A stretch of DNA of 61,839 nt, filler included, from Hausera hauseri (lineage: Eukaryota): NCBI GenBank assembly GCA_046269625.1. It is 10 parts of 10 records of this genome, joined end to end, with 100 filler letters (N's around TTAATTAATTAA, not from the genome) between each part and the next. Parts side by side here need not be neighbours in the genome. Positions count along the whole stretch, not along the records: positions 20,956 to 28,388 come from JBJURY010014899.1; positions 28,489 to 37,029 come from JBJURY010609887.1; 8 more parts are not named here. One strand, 5' to 3'. Of the stretch, positions 23,105 through 37,129 are shown piece after piece (the stretch's first letter is position 1; each line of letters opens with the position of its first letter). The translations under genes were made by a program, and so were the position numbers. A model generated the notes under the pieces. The model was not told the DNA's origin. It ran no database searches and worked only from the letters and a program-made list of their open reading frames with translations.

Positions 23105-23242
23105 TTAAACGAAACATTGTGACAACATCGTGATGGTGATGTAACTGATTTAACAACATTGTGACAAAAACGAAACATTGTGACAACATTGTGATGGTGA
23201 TGTAACTGATTAAACAGCATTGTGACAATATTGTGATGATGA
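23105..23242. repeat. Short tandem repeat
   Basis: AAACGAAACATTGTGACAACAT(C/T)GTGATGGTGATGTAACTGATT units repeated. Confidence 0.8.
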
Positions 23243-23558
23243 AATTACACTCTCAATCTCCTTTATTTTAACATGTTAAGTCCCACATGATGGACATCCC
23301 TATTTTTCCTGTATTTTGTACAATTAATGTATCCCTAGCCCTGGATGGGTAAACTGAGAAGATACGTTGTTGAGTGGATTAAAAGAGATGTTATGAAAAG
23401 CGAAATTAAATAATTTTCAAAAACTGCAAAAAAAAATTATATAATTGTAAAGTTTAGGATATTAGGATATAGAAAATATAATTTTGAATATTATAAATTA
23501 TAGAATTAGTTACGAAAATTGAAATAATAAATGTAAAAAATAAAATAAAAATTAAAAG

Positions 23559-23663
23559 TCCATTTTCTAAAAATGGAACTAAACGACATGATGTCGAAAA
23601 TTACAATTTTAAAATTCAAAAATTCCATTTTCTAAAAATGGAAACAAACGACACGGTGTCGAA
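23559..23663. repeat. Duplicated double-palindrome unit upstream of a TATA box
   Basis: TCCATTTTCTAAAAATGGA plus CGACA(n)TGTCG occurs twice. TATAAATA follows at ~23672. Confidence 0.6.
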
Positions 23664-25399
23664 CTTCCCACTATAAATACAAGTGCAATAAGCACTCACA
23701 CACACAAGAACTTATTCGATTTCATCGACGACTATTAACATAGGTTAGGTCCTATGATAATTTGTGAAACCATTATTATACTCTTAGATTAATAATGGCT
23801 GGAGAAAATACTACTCATGACAGCAGTTTACTTGGAGATACAATCGGTAAAATTTTCTTTGGTTTACCTATGATATTTTATTTATTTTTTCTGTAAAATT
23901 TGTTTTATAATAAATGTGTTTAAATAATAAATCGAGATTTGATGTGAAGACTGGGCTGCGTTGGATAATGTGCGTAGAGGGGATTAAAAAATTCGAAAAT
24001 AGCGATTACTGGACCTCCGAAAATTCTTCGAATTATTCGATTGACAGAGATACGTACGAAAGTCGGAAAAGGATCGACGAGCATGAAGATTCGTGATGAT
24101 AAGATACATGATAATCCATTAATATGACAGATGATCCATTCGCCTCAAATGTGGAAGAATAAAAATGATCTTGATGGTGATTATATGAATGATTTGATTA
24201 TAATGGTTTTGTGGTTTTCGATCACAATTGCAGATTCTATTAATAACAGTATTATGTCTGATCTGTTTATCGAATTTAGTGTGAAGGCAGTTGAATTTGG
24301 ATTGTTTTATTTCAGTAAAATCATGGGAGTTTACCAACATTATAGGAGACGATAGGTTGACAGACTTGTGGCAAACCGCGTTCACGCAATATCAATTTGA
24401 GTTGTAGTTCAGCATCGGATGATATAATTTACATTGTAGTTCAAGTTATGAAACTAATTGCGAAATTGTATAAACTATTAACATTTTGCATGTGTCGTTA
24501 CAATTACGAGCTGCGTTTATTTATGATTGTAGATTTATATTTAGACACAAGATTATTTGTTGGTAGATTTTATATTTGGACCCGAGATTTCCGTTATAAA
24601 CGGACGCAATTCTAAATTTAGGAATAGGGTCAATGCTGTAATGATTCGATGGAGACAAGAGGTAAATTTACATGATCAACCAGTACATTTTGGGAACATT
24701 GGAGAGTCGGGACTTACTGTGAATAATAGCGGAATTGATAACTATTGCCTTGCACTTTAACTGATAAAAGAAATTTGGGAAATAAGAGCAGAATCGACAT
24801 AAGCGATTATTATTTTGCATTTTTATTGATGAGATAAAAGATATTGGGAAAATAACAATGGAATTAACATAAATGATTACTGTTTCGTATTTTGGTTGAT
24901 GAGATAACATTATTTGAAGATCCGGATTTAACTTAGAAAGTATTAAACATTTGGTGAAAGCCTTTGGGCCATTGTGGTTCATCATCTAGTCAGAAGAGTA
25001 GATTTTTTGAGGGACAAGTTAAGGTTTGTGTTTGTTTGAATTCAGATCATCTGATGTTTTGTGTTTACTTTACCCATACTAGTTGCACGTTGGATCACAG
25101 AGATCACCGATGTCAATCAATCAAACTGGGCTTGATTATAGGGATCTATACATGTACATGGGAAGATACATATTGAATAATATACCAAGGATCAGTAAGG
25201 ACATACATTTCCAGAGAATACATAGCTTGTTATCATGCCCCAATAATTAAAGGCGCAGGTATTCCGCATACCGAACCGCCATCGGACTCCCCTTCAGATT
25301 CAAATAAAATTTATTTATATGTTACTATGCAAACCTATGGAACCTCAAAACGTCCCAATATTTCGCCTACCTTGAATACGATACAAAATAGTAACATAT

Positions 25400-28388
25400 A
25401 AACTGGTGCCCCGAGTGAGGAAGCCTTTCTTCGTCGCCATTTCAGACGCTATGGACCGATTCAACTTGTCATTCCGGATTCGGAATATCTCTGTGCTCTT
25501 GTGCAATTTGATTGTGTTGAAGATGCTCAACGGGCTTTGCAGGAAACGAGAGATCGATCTAATAATAATAACAGCAATGACAACGGCAATGCTAATAACA
25601 ACAGTGGCAGCAGCAACAATAATAATCGTAAAATGCAAGTGGATTTTGCGAGCAACGAATATCAAGTGGCTTTTATGAATCGTTTAAAAAAAATCATGTT
25701 CAACGGAATTTTTGAAGAATTATGCTGATCCCTATCAAACAGAAAAAATTCAAAATCTCCTAATATCATGCAGTAAGTATCTTGGCCTACTCGAAGACTC
25801 CTATAAGTCCTATGATCGCTATGAAAACAAAAGTGATTATGAAGATTATGACGATTTGTATCCAGGTCGGTCATCCAGACATAGAAAATCAGTACATCAA
25901 CGACTATATGGTGAAGGTTATGAGCGAGAAGATGATTACAGCGATGAATATCATTATTCAAAACAGAGCAGTAGACATTACGATGATTATTCGCCAAGTC
26001 GATCACCAGTTCATTATTCTCGGTCCAATCAAAAATTTGCAGGAGATCAGTATAACGAGTCCCATTCACGTAGGCAAAATTATCAACGATATGATTATTA
26101 CGATAACAAACACGGTTCATCGTCAAATAACCACTACTATCGACGCAGTCCTGATCAAGAATATGTGGCAAATCATAATCGCAGCTTTTCCCAATCTCCA
26201 ACATCATCCATTGATTACTTGGATGACCATCGATATAATTTATCACCCAAACGCTATAGTCGGAAAGACTACAGAACTAGTAGGTCAAGACCTATTGATG
26301 TATATGAAAACCGCAATTTGCATTTTGATCGCACATCGGAGCAGCGTTCATTGAATAAATCATATCGATATGATGAATATTTATCTTTCCGTTCAAAATC
26401 CCGAAGCAAATCGAGATTTTCCGATAGTTTTTCACCATTTCCACAAACATCACCATCTATTCGACAACGTGCACGGAAAGAAATCGTTGATGATTTCCCT
26501 GTTTCATCTATATCAAAATTCGGACATTTGGGTAAAACTATTTCTCAGAACAATGACAAACCATCCATGTCAAGCGCTAAAGGAAAAAATAGTGTTTCAT
26601 TGTCTGCTATATCCGTGGAAAGTGACATAACGAAGAGCGATATTATTTCATCTTGCGATAATCTACAGTCTGCAGATACTTTATCAAAACTTGAACGAGA
26701 AAGAGCTAAATTACTTCAAGAGCTATCACTTTTGGGCGAAGAATCCACTAGCTCTACTTCCCTCAACACAAATAAGTCAAATATTCAATCCACTTCAAAG
26801 GACAGGGAAGTTGAGATAAAACATCGAAAGACCATCGTATCTGTGCCATGTATTGACAATGTTCAAACGATAAAAATGCCGAGTCCAAAAGATGCAAAGG
26901 CTGTATACAGTGATACTATTCCCACGAAATTAGATTCTTCTGAACATTCAGTTGATAGTATATCTAAAGAATTAAAGGAACATCCCCAAAAGTTTCCTTT
27001 GGTATCATCGTCGTCTGTAGTAACATATCACAAAGATTCTGTACTTTGTTCAAAATTGTCTCATGATTGTCATGTATCAGTTGATTCTTTGAAAGAAATT
27101 CGTCCGACCATGAATTCTGATGAATCTACTATCGTATCAGAAAATAAGCAAACGATCGATTCCCAAGACGTCTGGTCTGTGTCGGAATCGACGGTAATAT
27201 CAGACTATTCAAGTTCACATTTGTCTCGGGATCCAAGACTATTTTCATCAAGTTATCATTTGCGTCAGATATCGTCAAGTTTTCCATCACAAGGACTTGA
27301 TTTAAGTCTTTCAATTCCGTTGATAACGTCAACGACAGTTTCAACCAGTCCTACTACACCAACACCAACTACAAGCAATTATAAAGATTCTACAAGTGAT
27401 TCTGATGGCGATCATTTGGGTATAGAATCTGAACTTGATAAGCGAATTAGGGAGTTGGATGCAAAGCTTAATCGGAATGAACAGACAAATCGCACGTTAG
27501 ACTACAGCAAATTTCGCATTCGTAAACGCAATCAGGACGGCTCAGGAATTGGTACTTCGACATCGTCAGTGTTACTGTCACCGACATCCAGTTCTGGTGT
27601 TATTGGTTCGTGCATAACTACAACGTCAAATTTGCTCGACGTTGGATACACAACGACTAGCCGCGATCTTAGTTCAAATACATCAGAGTTTATAAAAACC
27701 ATGCTCAATCAAACAAAACCAAAAATTATCATTTGTTATGTGAAACAAATTCAGATCATTTATCTGCTTCATTGAGTGCAAATTATCCATCTGTCGTTTC
27801 AACAACAGCTGCTTCGTTGTCTTTTAGGACCGTTGATTTAGGTGCAAGCGAAATTGAACGGCGTTCACTGCTGTTAAAATATACTTCATCATTATCAACA
27901 AATCCGCTAACTATTTTTGATACCAAAGTCAGTATTGAAACTGAATATGTTAGCCCGACTATTAATACATACAGTACAAGAATGAATTCTGTTACTAGTT
28001 GTACAACTTCATACAAACCAGTGATATCGGTAACTTGTTCTCCAACTTCTTTGGTTTCAACTGTTTGTGTTCCAACAATTCCAACTGTTTTATCCGAGCC
28101 AAATCAACCCGTGAAATCTATCCTTAAGAAGTCAACAGTAATTCCGCAGAATATTATTAACAATCCCAGTAAACCTTTCACAAAAAATCCAGATATATCA
28201 AGTGGACAGTATAAATCTCCGTCGTCACAGGAATCAGTTAATACAACAACCACAACAGAGTCAGCTGTTAGCACCCAATGTGATCCGGAGGACCGAATCC
28301 TTCTCAAAAAAGGGAGAACTGTTACGACTCCTTAAACAACATTTTGGTCAAACCTCTTGGTGATGACTTTATTGATTAAACTGTACCT
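25400..28388 (+). pseudogene. spen: Split-ends/SPEN-like gene: last RRM plus Y/R/D/S-rich and S/T-rich regions; frameshifted and partial
   Basis: SEEAFLRRHFRRYGPIQLV..ALVQFDCVEDAQRALQET..MQVDFASNEYQVAF matches the SPEN RRM (RHFxRYGP..DFAxxExQxAF). It joins ORFs 25712-27775 and 27733-28335 through single-base shifts in A-runs. Confidence 0.7.
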
Positions 28389-29175
28389 NNNNNNNNNNNN
28401 NNNNNNNNNNNNNNNNNNNNNNNNNNNNNNNNTTAATTAATTAANNNNNNNNNNNNNNNNNNNNNNNNNNNNNNNNNNNNNNNNNNNNTGGTTTAACATA
28501 TTAATCATAAAAGTTGCAAATTGTGTCGCTTAAATATTAAAATAGACGATCAATGACAAGGAATAGAAGATAATAATGTTAATTTATCTACAAAATTCTG
28601 TACACTTCGACAAAAATATAAACTACACAGCAAACTAATATTAACCGTCGTCTATGTTTTCCACCAAAAATTGACGTAAGTCATTTTTGCGTGGTTTCAG
28701 GGAAAAGTGAATATATCTTATCTTGGAAACTTCCAGACAATTTCTGAACATCGAAAATAAACTAACAAGAGTAGCGTTTTGGAATGAGAAGCGAAAATCA
28801 ATGAGTCTTTTACTGCTTTATGTTACTTTATGTGAAAAAATATCCGCGATCCCCGTTTTGCTCACAGACCCTTCGTTTTCGTGGAAATAGACCAAACATG
28901 CCGCATACAAAACGCATACTTTTCTGAATTTTATTATGAATCAATATTGTGTTTGATTGTTTTATTGACCAACTCCACTTTTTGTTAAGCATGTTGGTAT
29001 CTCTTATAAACAAATAAATATCTGTTAATTCTGTGTTAGTTACCATTATCGTACTCATTATTTTGGTCTTTTCCCTCGAAAACGGAGACTATGTGAACAA
29101 AACGGGTGTATGATTTGTTCTTTTTAAATAAAATAACAATGTAGTGAAAGGCTCACCCAAAAACCATTACATTGT

Positions 29176-29340
29176 AAGTCTGATCTTTATTATTCTCAAT
29201 ACATTTTCAACTTAATTCGGATCAGCAAAATTGCACGGCCAACTGATAACCATAATAATAGCATTTTGAAAGTGTTAAACGTTTTGTGAACCAGTGCCAT
29301 ATAATATTGAAATATAAACTCTTGTTTAGGAAAAACGCGA
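29176..29340 (-). mobile_element. Tc1-like DDE transposase remnant
   Basis: FIFQYYMALVH (cf. FQQDNAPxH) then SWPCNFADPN*VENV..IKIRL (cf. WPxxSPDLNPIEN). Confidence 0.6.
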
Positions 29341-29742
29341 CAGTGTGAAGAATCTACCGAGGCAACGTTTATGAAGTCTACGCTTAACAAGACACGGTTT
29401 GTCGGACTCAACCACGTTCGGCGTGAACTTCTTTGAGTCGTTATCATAAATACCAACGTTATTATTACTTCAAGATAGTAACGTCGTAACACCTCGGGGT
29501 TGCTTCCAACGCCAGTAGTATAGAAATTCAAGTTCTGGATCACTCCCCCACCCCTATACGCGGAACGGATGTAGATACGGAAAACTTAACAAGTGGCTTT
29601 GGAAAATTCCCGTACGAAGACTTCAAAAATAAGAAGTACAAATCTGTACGATGCATCCAGGAGACTGCAGATTGATGAGAAAAATTTGTATTTTATAGGA
29701 AAAGGATGTATGCCATGTATGACGTATAGAAATGATGGAAAG

Positions 29743-30186
29743 CGAAGGGTACATCGAATAGTGAAGGAATGAGGTCGACCGTATGAAAGGCAGCTTCACG
29801 GGAGGATGGAGAAAAGTGATCAAGAACTGCCCTATAGTTTATGATGAGCTGGAATCGATGAATAGCCCAACGGTACTGGATTGGACGAAGCATGATGCAT
29901 GGATACAGATTCCCATGTGTGTGCGCGCTGATGATGGATTCCCTTATCGCGTTATGTCAAATGAAAGAGCGCGACGTGGGGTATTCGGCATAGTCATGCG
30001 AATGGAAGTAGCGCATTGTCCAGCGGGATAAAGATGTAAAAGGTGGAAAACCGCGTGAGCTTCCACCTTTGGAAATCGTTGAGAAAAAGATTGTCAAAAC
30101 CGACCGTTACTGGTTTCAGGAACACTTTTCTCCATACTCCGTGAAGATGCCTTTCATCCTACCTTCATTATTCGATGCATCGTTCG
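29743..30186. repeat. Imperfect inverted repeat (arms 29743-29820 and 30121-30186)
   Basis: ATGAAAGGCAGCTTCACGGGAGGATGGAGAAAAGTG versus the reverse complement of CACTTTTCTCCATACTCCGTGAAGATGCCTTTCAT. Confidence 0.8.
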
Positions 30187-30279
30187 TGTGGTGCGTATTT
30201 TAGCCCACATAAAAATACTATAATCTAGTTTACAAATTGTGTCAAAAATAGTTTGTTTTAATGTTTATGAAGTAATCTG

Positions 30280-31030
30280 AATAATTGGAAACACGTCTCC
30301 CATCGAAACCACTTCTCCACCAACATCTTTACACGAAGCGCAGCAATCCAACAATTCACCTTCCATCTCTGCTCAATTCTTCAACCCACTTTCCCCTACG
30401 TTTTCTCCCAAGACTTCTACTTCAATTTTTTCTGACAGGACATCTTCTTTTTCCCCATCCGATTTTGCCCCTTCAAGCCTTTTCACACCTCTTTCGTCTC
30501 CTGATAACAACTTGTTTTCTCCTTTTACAATACCTCCTCCATTAAACACCACTTCGACTTCACTAATCTCTCCATCCACCCTTTCATCATTCCAGCGTCT
30601 TGCATACCACCTTCCAACTACTTTCCTTCGCTTCTCCATCTTGCTCTTTTCGACTTTGTCCTTTTTCGCCGTCGTCTCTCTCTCCTTCTCCTTCTACACC
30701 TTCGTCATCTTTGGCGCTTTCTTTCTCCCTTTCTTCTCACACATCCTCTTTTAACCCTTTCACTTCCGCTTTGTAACTTCCTACTCTTTTTTCTTCAATT
30801 CCCATCTCTTTTCCTTTCTCCACCACCACCTCTGTGTCATCTTCCACTTCCACTCTTTCGCCTTATACAATTCCAACTTCTAATTTACTATTCATCTCTC
30901 TTCCTTCATCCGCCACTACACCTTTTATCGTTCCTTCGTCTTCTAACTCTCTTGATTACCTTTAACCATCCGTCTTCGACAATCTCTCTTCCTCCTTCAC
31001 CTTCTTCCTCTCCTTATTCTGACTCATCTT
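30280..31030 (-). other. Purine-rich (E/K/G-coding) low-complexity tract, probably a decayed retroelement ORF
   Basis: Extreme C/T bias on the + strand and broken E/K-rich frames on the - strand. Confidence 0.35.
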
Positions 31031-31439
31031 TGAATGACACAACACTTACAAAAAAATCTGACAATTTTTCCCCTACTTCAACATCTGCAAGCAAACACAC
31101 AGCATAAAGACAAAACACGCAAAGTCACATTCAGCAAGTATAGCAGGGAAAAATCAGTAAAAGGCACCCAAAGTCTTGTCCACACTAAGACCAACACACA
31201 CATACACTTTTTCGTTTAGTGCTTGGTTCTTTCCGTCTGTTTTAATCTTTATAGTTTTCACTTTGTCACGGGGAGGTGATGTGGTACCCGCAGCGGCCGG
31301 TCCTCTTTGGCCCATTCGGCTGGGCATGGCCGGGCGTCCGTTGCCGCCGTGTCGGGCCCATATGTGGACCCCCGATCTTCCGCCACAAAAGAATTCAAAA
31401 ACTTACGACAAAATGGCCCGACATTCATGTTCGGATTTC

Positions 31440-31790
31440 ATCTGCAGACGTAGTAGTACATTTTGTGTTTACGAATCGAATATCAACGTAGCAAACAGTG
31501 AGAAATTGCGTGTTCAATCTCAATGTACAACCAGTCTACCGCCAAGTGCCTTTTATCCAGTGTTTGAAAAGTATTCCTCATCGTCTTTCGCAGCCGTTCC
31601 TCATTCGAAATTGGTACCTATGCAATTATCGTTTTCGCAACAAAACATTAATAAGTGCAGGGTATAGAATGCACGGCTTTGTCATTTTAAATCTGCGAAT
31701 GTTATGATCTAAAATTGGATTGTTATAAAATTCAACAAAAATTCAGATTGGATCTTTTGCTTTGCAAACACGTTCACATGTCGAATGAAC
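31440..31790 (+). mobile_element. SWIM zinc-finger remnant, MULE-like
   Basis: ICECYD..FRLDLLLCKHVH at 31691-31780 (CxC..CKHxH, with a small internal duplication). Confidence 0.4.
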
Positions 31791-34700
31791 TTTTGATAGT
31801 GGTGATAATTGATTATTGCTTGTAACACTAACGGTATTGATCATGTATAAAGTTCGTTCATTTGAAAGGTGGCGATCGGAGAAGCTGATGCCGTTTTGAA
31901 GTCGAATTCTGCTACAAAGAAAGGCGGTTGATGATATGCCTAGGTGACGATTTTGTCTAGCGTTTTGTCTTCGTGGATTAATTAGGTTACTGACAAGGCG
32001 CAGAACACAACACAGTTCGACTGTCCAATTCAATCCTGACGAGAATTTAGAATTCTTACAAGTTAACGTACAAGACGCAACGAATCAAATCGATTATCAA
32101 ATGCTGATTGATACTTGGCAGGTGTCGACAAATGACGAACTAAGTGGTTATCAATTTGAAATGCACGTTGAAAGTCAAACATCTGACATATCGAATGATG
32201 CTATTTTGTATCCACCGGAACACACACAGTATTTTATTGAAGTATTTATCAAGATATGCTCAGTTCAGGTATGCTCAAATGGATTACTTGATTATGTATT
32301 TGTGCTATTTGTAAAGTTGTACCAGAATCAATTTTGTTTTGCCCTTAAACGACACTTTCCAACAAAGAATTTGCTTAAACGAACTATACATTATGTGCAG
32401 TCCAATGCAGTCTAACCAAGTCTAATCTAAAACAAACAGAATGAAATCTAAAGTAAATAAAATCTACTTACTGAGATATCTCACTGCTGTTCAAATAACT
32501 AAAAGAAAATAAACTTCAATTATTGATCGACAAACTCACTTGATTTTAAATGGGTTTTTATTTAATCCAAACGTTGAATAAACGAATTTTTATTTATCTT
32601 TATTTGGTTTTAATTTATTTTGTGTATTCTGGTGTCATATGGTATACGTCGAAATGATATATATATATAACTGTATTCTTCACTTACTCTGACTTTTGCA
32701 TTAGCTGATTGAAATTTTATGACAAATATGAACGGATGTGAGTATCTTTATTTATTGTTTGTTATTCTTTTTATTGATCGTTTAACCATATTTTAATATT
32801 TAATTATACTCTGTCTATTTAATTTTTGTTTTCGATTATTCGTATTTTAAAGTAATTAATATTCTAGTTAAGTTTAAGTAAAGCATCTTACAGTATTGGA
32901 ATAAGTTAAATAAACTTAATTCAAGGGCCCTATTCGGTATACCGTCCCTTCAGGACGGTTGTCAAATTCTGATAAGTAAGCGGGGAGTAACGTCAGTGTA
33001 CCTCCTGACGGAGCTCACACAGTAAGGTTAAATAACCTAAATAAAAGAAGAGCCCGGCAATCCCACAGGTTGCTGTTTGAGTGACTAAATAAGCCTAAGC
33101 TTGGAACAAGGAGAGGGTTCAAGCTTTTAAGTAAAGAGTATAAGTTTAAGGTCGTAAGACCAATAAATTTTACACGCTTAAACTTATCATATTTGACTAA
33201 TTGTATTTCATTGACTTTGTAGATATATTTTGTAGTGCGAAAGTGTAGAAGTCTGCTGGGAGTAAAAATATTAACTCCACGAAGGAATATTTAATTTTAA
33301 CACACCTACACATTTTAGCCACTAATTACCCACTTGACAAAATTCCTTTGAATCGGAAAACAACCGAAATGCCAAACAACACTTATAACGAAAATTCAAC
33401 TGGGAAATACTAAACAATTCAACTCCCATCATACTTCAACACATTTCCTTCAAATAACTCTCTTATTTTGTGATCAAAGTCATTTCTTTTTTGATACAAA
33501 AACCCCCTTTAATAAGATATAGAGAGGAAAAAACACTACATATATATGAAGAAAATTGGCTGATACATTTGACAAAAATAATGACTCTCATTTTTTAGCC
33601 TTAGGCTGTAATTATAAATTTGTCATCCTATGCTTACTGTATGTGCACGTATTTCATACAACTGCAGAATTTTATGACGGCTATATCATATTATTACACA
33701 ATCAAATCTACGTATGATTCGTCAAACCATTTTACAGACGTATCTAGGCCAAAAAGAATTTATGAAAATTTCAAACATCACTTTGTGAAAATTTTCCTTA
33801 GTATGACAATCAGTTTTGAAAATGACTTTTCCCAATCGCTTACAAGAAAAAATACAATTTCAATGGAAATTTCCAGACGAAATGATTGATTTTATCAAAA
33901 ACAGCTTCATGCCGATAATCCCACTAGAACATGAGGAAAATAAGTTTTTCCAACTTGTAAAATCACTTAAAATATCAATAAAAATATTTTTTAACTAAAA
34001 AACAACAGCATTGTTGGGAGCCAATTGTCTAGTTGGGCAACCCGGTTTAATTATCAAAGGATAAGTAGGGGTGAGAAGTGGATATAAAATATGTATATAT
34101 AAATGAAAGCAATAGATAAAAATATTATAACATTGCACAAAGCTCAATCTTTAAAATCATAAACAATTTCGAATGAAAGAAGCTTAAATAGAGTTTTAAA
34201 ATTTTATATATTATTAACAGAAAATTCCGGGATGAAACAAAATGAAATATATAGAGAGATAGGAATTTCTTCTAGAACTATTAAAAAACTTTCAGGATGT
34301 TGAAGTTCGAAGTCCATATAGACAGAATAAAAGATCATAGACATATAAAAACCTAAAGATTAATCACATATCACTCAACCATGTAAGCAGTTGAAACAAC
34401 CGAAACAAAAAACGAAAATTGTTAGTAAAATTGTAAAAATGGCGTATTAAGAGGAAAGATGATCCAACGTCAACGCAAATAAATGTTTAAGACTTAATAG
34501 TACGTTCACACAAATAATAATATATACTTAAAATAACACTAATGGAAGATCCGGTGGATACATATGAATATATAAATCATCAAACTTTCATTTTTAAATG
34601 TATAATTATTGTAGTTGTAGCATATTTTATATTTAAAAATGAATGAAATTATTTTAGAAAATTTTTAAAATGACGAAGAGGTTAAAAGAGAAATTACCAG

Positions 34701-34977
34701 AAAAATTAGGATTTATTCAAATACAAATTTAAAAACTCAATCAGAAATATGTCTAGAATTAATCGCTAAGACCATTATGCAGGAAAAAGTTATTGAAGTT
34801 ATGGATGATATGTTAGCTCAAACCGATGTAGAAGTCGAAAAAAAACAAATACAACAAACTACTTAACTAATAAAATTGGAACAGCGAGTCTGAAGTAAAG
34901 GAAGAAATGAATAAAAATAATATTATGATTCTGCAGAATAAAGATAGAATGATCGGCCAAAACTCCATTCTTTATCA

Positions 34978-37029
34978 TTAACAACATCTTTTATCTGTGA
35001 CCAAATCCAAGTCGATATTATTTTTCAGTAATCCTAGTACCCAAGTCATCGATGGTAAACATATAAAATGTGCTGGATCAAGTTCGATAAAAGGCTTTCT
35101 CATCTTCTGAATTAAAGCTGTTAAAATTAAGACATCTTGAATTAAATAAATTTTCGTATAATCATATAAATTTCTGCATTGCATCGTTGTCCAAACTTAT
35201 AGGCATACTGATAATCATCGATTTCTGTTTTTGATTTATTGAACTGTCAAATAATTCCTTTGATGGCAGTTGAGTTTCGTTAAGAATTTCCAATGATTTT
35301 ATCTATTCATAAGGATAGACACATTTTCGAATCATCAAATCTGTATTGTCACAAAAATATTTTTCCTACTCAATGAAATCAGATTTTACACATTTTTCTA
35401 ATGAATATTATAATAATCTGTAACTCTCAACAAATCTCAGACATCCAAAACTCAAAGAAATGTATGTTTCCTCTGATGATGGAATTATTTTTTCGATCTT
35501 TTTGATCTTTAATTTCGATTGTTCAATCTTTTATAAATGGATAAATATCATATCTTGAACCATTGTGAAAATAAACTGGTACTTGATTTGATTTTTTAGC
35601 ATTAATATTACATTTGTTATGTGCATATCCTCGAAATTTTCCATTGAAATGATCATGATCGTTAACAAATTCATTTTCAATAACACTTTTTTACAAAATA
35701 TGCATGTTTTTATTTCATTTGAATCTTATATTGATTCCATTAGTATATTAACCGATAGTAAATCTTTAAAGAATTTTTCCTTTTCAGTCAAAAATATTAC
35801 AAAATCCCTGACGGCATCAAAGAAATTTAATTCATCTTGTAATAATTCGGGATATTTTGGTTTAATTTTTACACAAATCATAAACAGAATTTGTCGGTAA
35901 CTACTGTTGTTCTTTCACATATCCGTTGATTAATCGGTTTGTTATAACTTTCGATGTCTGCAGTCATTATAAATGGAACTGGAATCACGTATTTGCATTT
36001 ACTGAATTTGAACTTGTGATTTGATGGTAAACCCTTGCAGTTGGTTCGATATTTATACATATTCGTTTATGATTTTTATTGCTTGTTGATGTACGTTGTA
36101 TGTTAAACATCTTTTGGAAAATACTAAATTTTCAACAGGTTTAGTTCTCATCTCATCCATGAAATGAAGTCATTTATTAATATATAATGGTTGCCATATA
36201 AAAGTAGATGAATTATTATCAAAATTATTTATAGAATTGAATATGACTTCAGTTTGATATGATTTTCGTCCATTAGATATATCAGTTGCTGACTTTTATT
36301 TAATACAAATACATTAACTTTAATTTGATTTAATTGCTCAAAATTTTTTATTTTGTCAATTGCAACCGGAAAATCCATTCCATCGAAACGTAATTCCTTA
36401 ATATTAGCTCCAGTCTTTTAAACGATTTGTATGATATGAATCTGTTGATAGTGGATTTAATTTCGCTAAATTCACCACATAAAACATTTGCTGTTATTAT
36501 TTTTAATATTAATTAAATTATTCAACATATGAGTTTCCAAATAGGATATCTGATCTATCAATATTAATTTCAATAAATTTAACTGAATTAAGAATCCAAT
36601 TTTATTTTACTGACTGATCGTCTACATTCTCTAATTTTTGCATTATTTTTCTGAAGATATCACCCCAATCATCATCAACGATTTCAATAAAAATGGATAT
36701 GGGATAGGTTTCTAAATATGCAGCTTTTAAACCATCATCTTGATGCCTCATAATGACAACTAATCTAGTATAGACTTTCTTAGAAAATGTGTTTATTAAT
36801 CGCTTCAATAATATTTTGTTTATGTTCGTTTAAAATCTCTTATATCATTACCTTGTTTATTAATTTCAAATTTTATTACAATATTTTTATCTTGTGATTC
36901 ATTTCGATGTGTTCTTTCATCTATATAAATTAATGGATTTACTCGATTTTTATAAAATTTTTCATGTTGTTTTATTACCTAATTTTCAAAAATATCTATT
37001 ACAATATCGACATTCGTGTGATGATGGTT
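34978..37029 (-). pseudogene. Polinton pPolB N-terminal half, heavily decayed
   Basis: NWILNSVKFI, NNNSKCFMW, FPVAIDKIKNFEQLNQIKVNVF, PFIMTADIES, VYFHNGSRYD, FVESY, YLIQDVLIL and LDPAHFICLPSMTW. Confidence 0.88.
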
Positions 37030-37129
37030 NNNNNNNNNNNNNNNNNNNNNNNNNNNNNNNNNNNNNNNNNNNNTTAATTAATTAANNNNNNNNNNNNNNN
37101 NNNNNNNNNNNNNNNNNNNNNNNNNNNNN

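Noticed and set aside
23794-24950. Decayed coding-like region upstream of spen as a Helitron or protease gene
   Set aside because: No diagnostic motif could be reconstructed.
31296-31312. CCGGTCCTCTTTGGCCC as a third histone-type hairpin
   Set aside because: The 3' arm cannot pair with GGTCCT, and it does not follow a stop codon.
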